Assembly: GCF_008831285.2 (NCBI RefSeq)
Contig: NC_045138.2
Span: 2,418,001 to 2,482,000, forward strand
Source of the DNA: Nymphaea colorata
Taxonomy: Eukaryota
Direction: 5' to 3'
DNA length: 64,000 bases
In this document: positions 58,342-64,000 of the stretch, piece after piece
Layout: every line of letters starts with the position of its first letter
Numbering within the stretch: the stretch's first letter is position 1
Notes under the pieces: model-generated
Databases searched by the model: none
Told to the model about the DNA's origin: nothing
Seen by the model: only the letters and a program-made list of their open reading frames with translations
Position numbers and translations under genes: made by a program

Positions 58342-60006
58342 ATTGATTGGTTCTTCTGGTTCAGAGCTTTGTTGAAATCGAAACCGAAGCTGCTAAGGAG
58401 TGGTTTGGTATTCATTGAATCAAGGATCTGAGCTCATGTGAGTGACCATGGAGATATAAAAGAGTAATTCATTAGGTTCATGTGAATACGAGCACTGTTG
58501 CCTGCTAATTTTTTTATGTGCGACTCTGTTTCAAGGAGATTCCAACACAATGAAATGTTACAGATGAGTTCAGTGCCTGTTAGGTGTGTAAGAAACTATG
58601 CTGTGTATAAAGCATTCTTGTCTTATTAATGGCTACTCGGTGCCGATTTTAAGACACTTGGTCGCCAACCACCACCTGCTACACGCATTCATAAATGAAA
58701 AGAATGATAAAAAGTTGTATAATTAAACTTGGAAAAGGAGCCTTAAAAAGTCTGCAATTCTGTCCAGACAAAAAGCTTGAACCTGCAAGTTCTGGGTCAC
58801 GAACACAGACAGCATACTAAAAAAAAATGAAAAAAACATGTTTTTTTTGGAAAAAAATGTCAAAATAAAAAGGGAAAAAACATGTATTAATCGTGTTTTA
58901 TTTTTTTTGCAATTTTCATGTCTTTAAAATGTTTTAATTACCTGATATTTCATTTTCATATTTTATTGTAAGTTTTTTTTTAAATCTTGCTAAGATTTTT
59001 AACTTTGGTTATTACACATGAAAAAAAAAACCTCGCCATTTGGCACTCGAAAGCTAAATTTGTAACAGTGGCAATACTTGTGCAGGCGCAGATCAGCTGC
59101 AGACACGTGGCTCAACTGTAGCCACTCCTGAACTTGCGGATGCTATAGACATGACAAAAATTGTGAATTCATTTGTCAGAGCAAGTTCAGTTCATTCATC
59201 TTCAGTCTTGAAGTTTACCAGTATGGACAATGACAAATTTAAAATTCCGTTTCTATCTCAGGCAGGATAATGCATTACTGCATTTGCATAGTGACCAAAA
59301 CTGTCTTTTCACATTTGAAAAATGACAAAAGATGAACCATGTATATTGTGAACGAGAGTCGAGCTCGAGCTTAACTAAAAAAATTAAGCTGGAGCTTATA
59401 AAAGAGTTGGGTTCAAGTTACATGAACTCGACTCGATTAAACTGGACCAAACTCATTTGATATGGTTTTCTTTTTGTAATTTTTAAATTTGAAACCAAGA
59501 AATGGGACGATGTATGTGACTACATTCGTTTGCTTGTAATCCAAGTGAAATTTGTTTGGTTGAGCAAAGCCCCACGCAAACAAAAACTAAAACAAGGGTT
59601 GTCTAGTCGCTACGCTACTTGAAAAGTGACCGGCCACCTACCAGCCATTGTCTCGAGCAGGTACGCTGGCACCCCTCTAGACCATATAGAATTTGTTTAG
59701 TTTCGAGCTTGTAGACCAACTATTGCTAGATCTTCACGAATTGAGATGGCCAATTGAAAACACTATATTAGTCTTCGAGTTCGTTGGTGCAACTTTTTGA
59801 GGTGGGGCCTGGTAGTCGGCTAGTTTTTATTTTGAGTTTTACAGGTGTACACTTCCTATACAACAAATGGTCAATGATGTGCAAAGTGCAACAAAAATGG
59901 CTCTTCAAAACATTGGGATGTTTGGAAATAGTAACACTTTATTATTAATTTGCCCCTAAAAATGAGGTAAGTTTATGGAAGAATGTGTTATAGAGTGCCA
60001 TGAATG

Positions 60007-60184
60007 CACTACCGGAGCCTGAAATTTTTTCTGGTGGGTACACTCATTCAATACCTTTAATTTTTTTGAGGCACTTACATGTATAACAATTAAATATATC
60101 AAAACATTAACATATATATTAAACTAATTTTGTGAGGTTGGTACAGCAACTGCCCATACCAGCCACCATGTGGCTGCGCCACAG
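60007..60184. mobile_element. hAT-type MITE, same family as 30544-30708, in reverse orientation
   Basis: Termini CACTACCGGAGCC / GGCTGCGCCACAG; perfect 8-bp TSD CATGAATG at 59999-60006 and 60185-60192. Confidence 0.88.
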
Positions 60185-60978
60185 CATGAATGTACTCCAA
60201 TGTCCTAAAGCAGATTCATAAGACAGTAACAATATCTTATTATCGCCAAACGACCCTAAAAACAAGGAATAAGGTGACAACTTTTGCTCTTTCCCGGGTG
60301 GTGGTGAGTCTCCCCGAATCACCCAAAATTTAAAACACCATATCAGTAGAATGTCAGATGCCATAAAGAGTCCGGACTAATCAAACTTAACTAAGTTTTA
60401 TTTAACGTTTACATCTAGATCCAAATCCAAAAATACTGCTATTTAGATGCCTACATCTCTTGCTTGAGTTGAGTGCAAAATGGTTTCTGACGATGCCTAA
60501 CAGCCAAGTTGACATGACAAAGAAGAAGACGCCATTAAAATAGTATTTGATGCTGGCAACGTATTAGAATACACGCTGGTTAAATTATTCCAGATTGTTT
60601 CGAGTTCAACTTGTTTTCCACTTTGATTTAAAACATGAAAAGGCGCACAAAGGGTAACTTGTGTTCCATGGTTACATGGAAGACATGGAAAACTTGTCCA
60701 CAAAAGACAAACGATTCCAGCCCATCAAACACACCCAAAAATCTTGAATCAACTTTCATGAGAGCTGCTTTTCAAGACAACAAAGAGAGGAGACATACAC
60801 TCCACCACCATTGTTTGAAGAAAGTCGAAACCCCCACCCAATCACTCTTCGAGATGTCACCCCTGCCACGCTTCAACTTGTGTGTCGGTGGCCTTTGTTC
60901 ACAGCACAGAGAGTTGGCTCTCGAGGAATCAAAGTAGAACCCGGTCGCCTGCTAGCCCTTATTCAATCCCTTTGAACT

Positions 60979-61512
60979 AGGGGTGAACAAAGAGTCGAGC
61001 TACTCGAGCTTGACTCATAAAAGCTCGGCTAACGAGTTCGAGTTGAGTCATTTGCTTAACCAGTCGAACTCGAGTTCATGAGTCAACTCGTTTAAATAAT
61101 CGAGTTGAATTCAAACTCAACACATAACTATCGAGTCGAGCTCGAGCCTTAATCGAGTTTGTCGAGCCTTAATCAAGTCGATATAACCATGAATTTCAAT
61201 TCTATTCAAATGAGTTTGTCGAGTCTTAATTGAGTCGAGATCGATCTCAATAAGTAACGATGAATATCAATTCTATTCAAACAAGTTTGTCGAGCCTTAA
61301 TCGAGTCATGCTTGAGCTAACACATAATGATGAATATCAATTCTATTCAAACAAGTTTGTCGAGCCTTAATCGAGTCAAGTTCGAGCTCAACACGTAACT
61401 GCCGAGTCGAGCTCGAGGTGCTTCCATCAAGCTATCCTCGAGGTCGAGCCGAGTTAAGTTCGAGGTTTCATTAATTGAGCCGAGCTTGAACTGATTGAAC
61501 TCGGGCTCAAAT
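60979..61512 (-). mobile_element. CTCGAG-rich element with about 71-bp internal repeats, reverse relative of 39724-40195
   Basis: Starts TAGGGGTGAACAAAGAG; AATTCTATTCAAA recurs at 61198, 61269 and 61339; absent from the paralogous OPR-E upstream region (about 47110). Confidence 0.75.
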
Positions 61513-61513
61513 T

Positions 61514-64000
<2,487 letters not shown>

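Overview
Plant (angiosperm) nuclear genomic DNA, AT-rich, with spliced genes and many small transposon relics. From left to right: the last five coding exons of UPF3 (+); a convergent five-exon MES14-like methylesterase (-); a two-exon small single-pass membrane protein gene (-); then, from about 19.5 kb to the window end, a head-to-tail tandem array of at least seven subgroup-I 12-oxophytodienoate reductase / Old Yellow Enzyme genes (called OPR-A to OPR-G here). A-F are complete and in frame by manual splicing; G is cut by the window edge. The array shows unequal crossover and chimerism, a decayed extra copy, promoter divergence and active-site diversification: an OPR3-like His in two copies, a His-to-Asn catalytic swap in one, and a 19-aa loop deletion in another. 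Spacers hold a degraded LINE RT fragment, hAT- and Tourist-type MITEs, a six-copy intronic minisatellite built from a TE/host junction, and repeated relics of an unidentified antisense gene. Exon boundaries were read by eye from GT-AG sites and frame continuity; no database searches were run.
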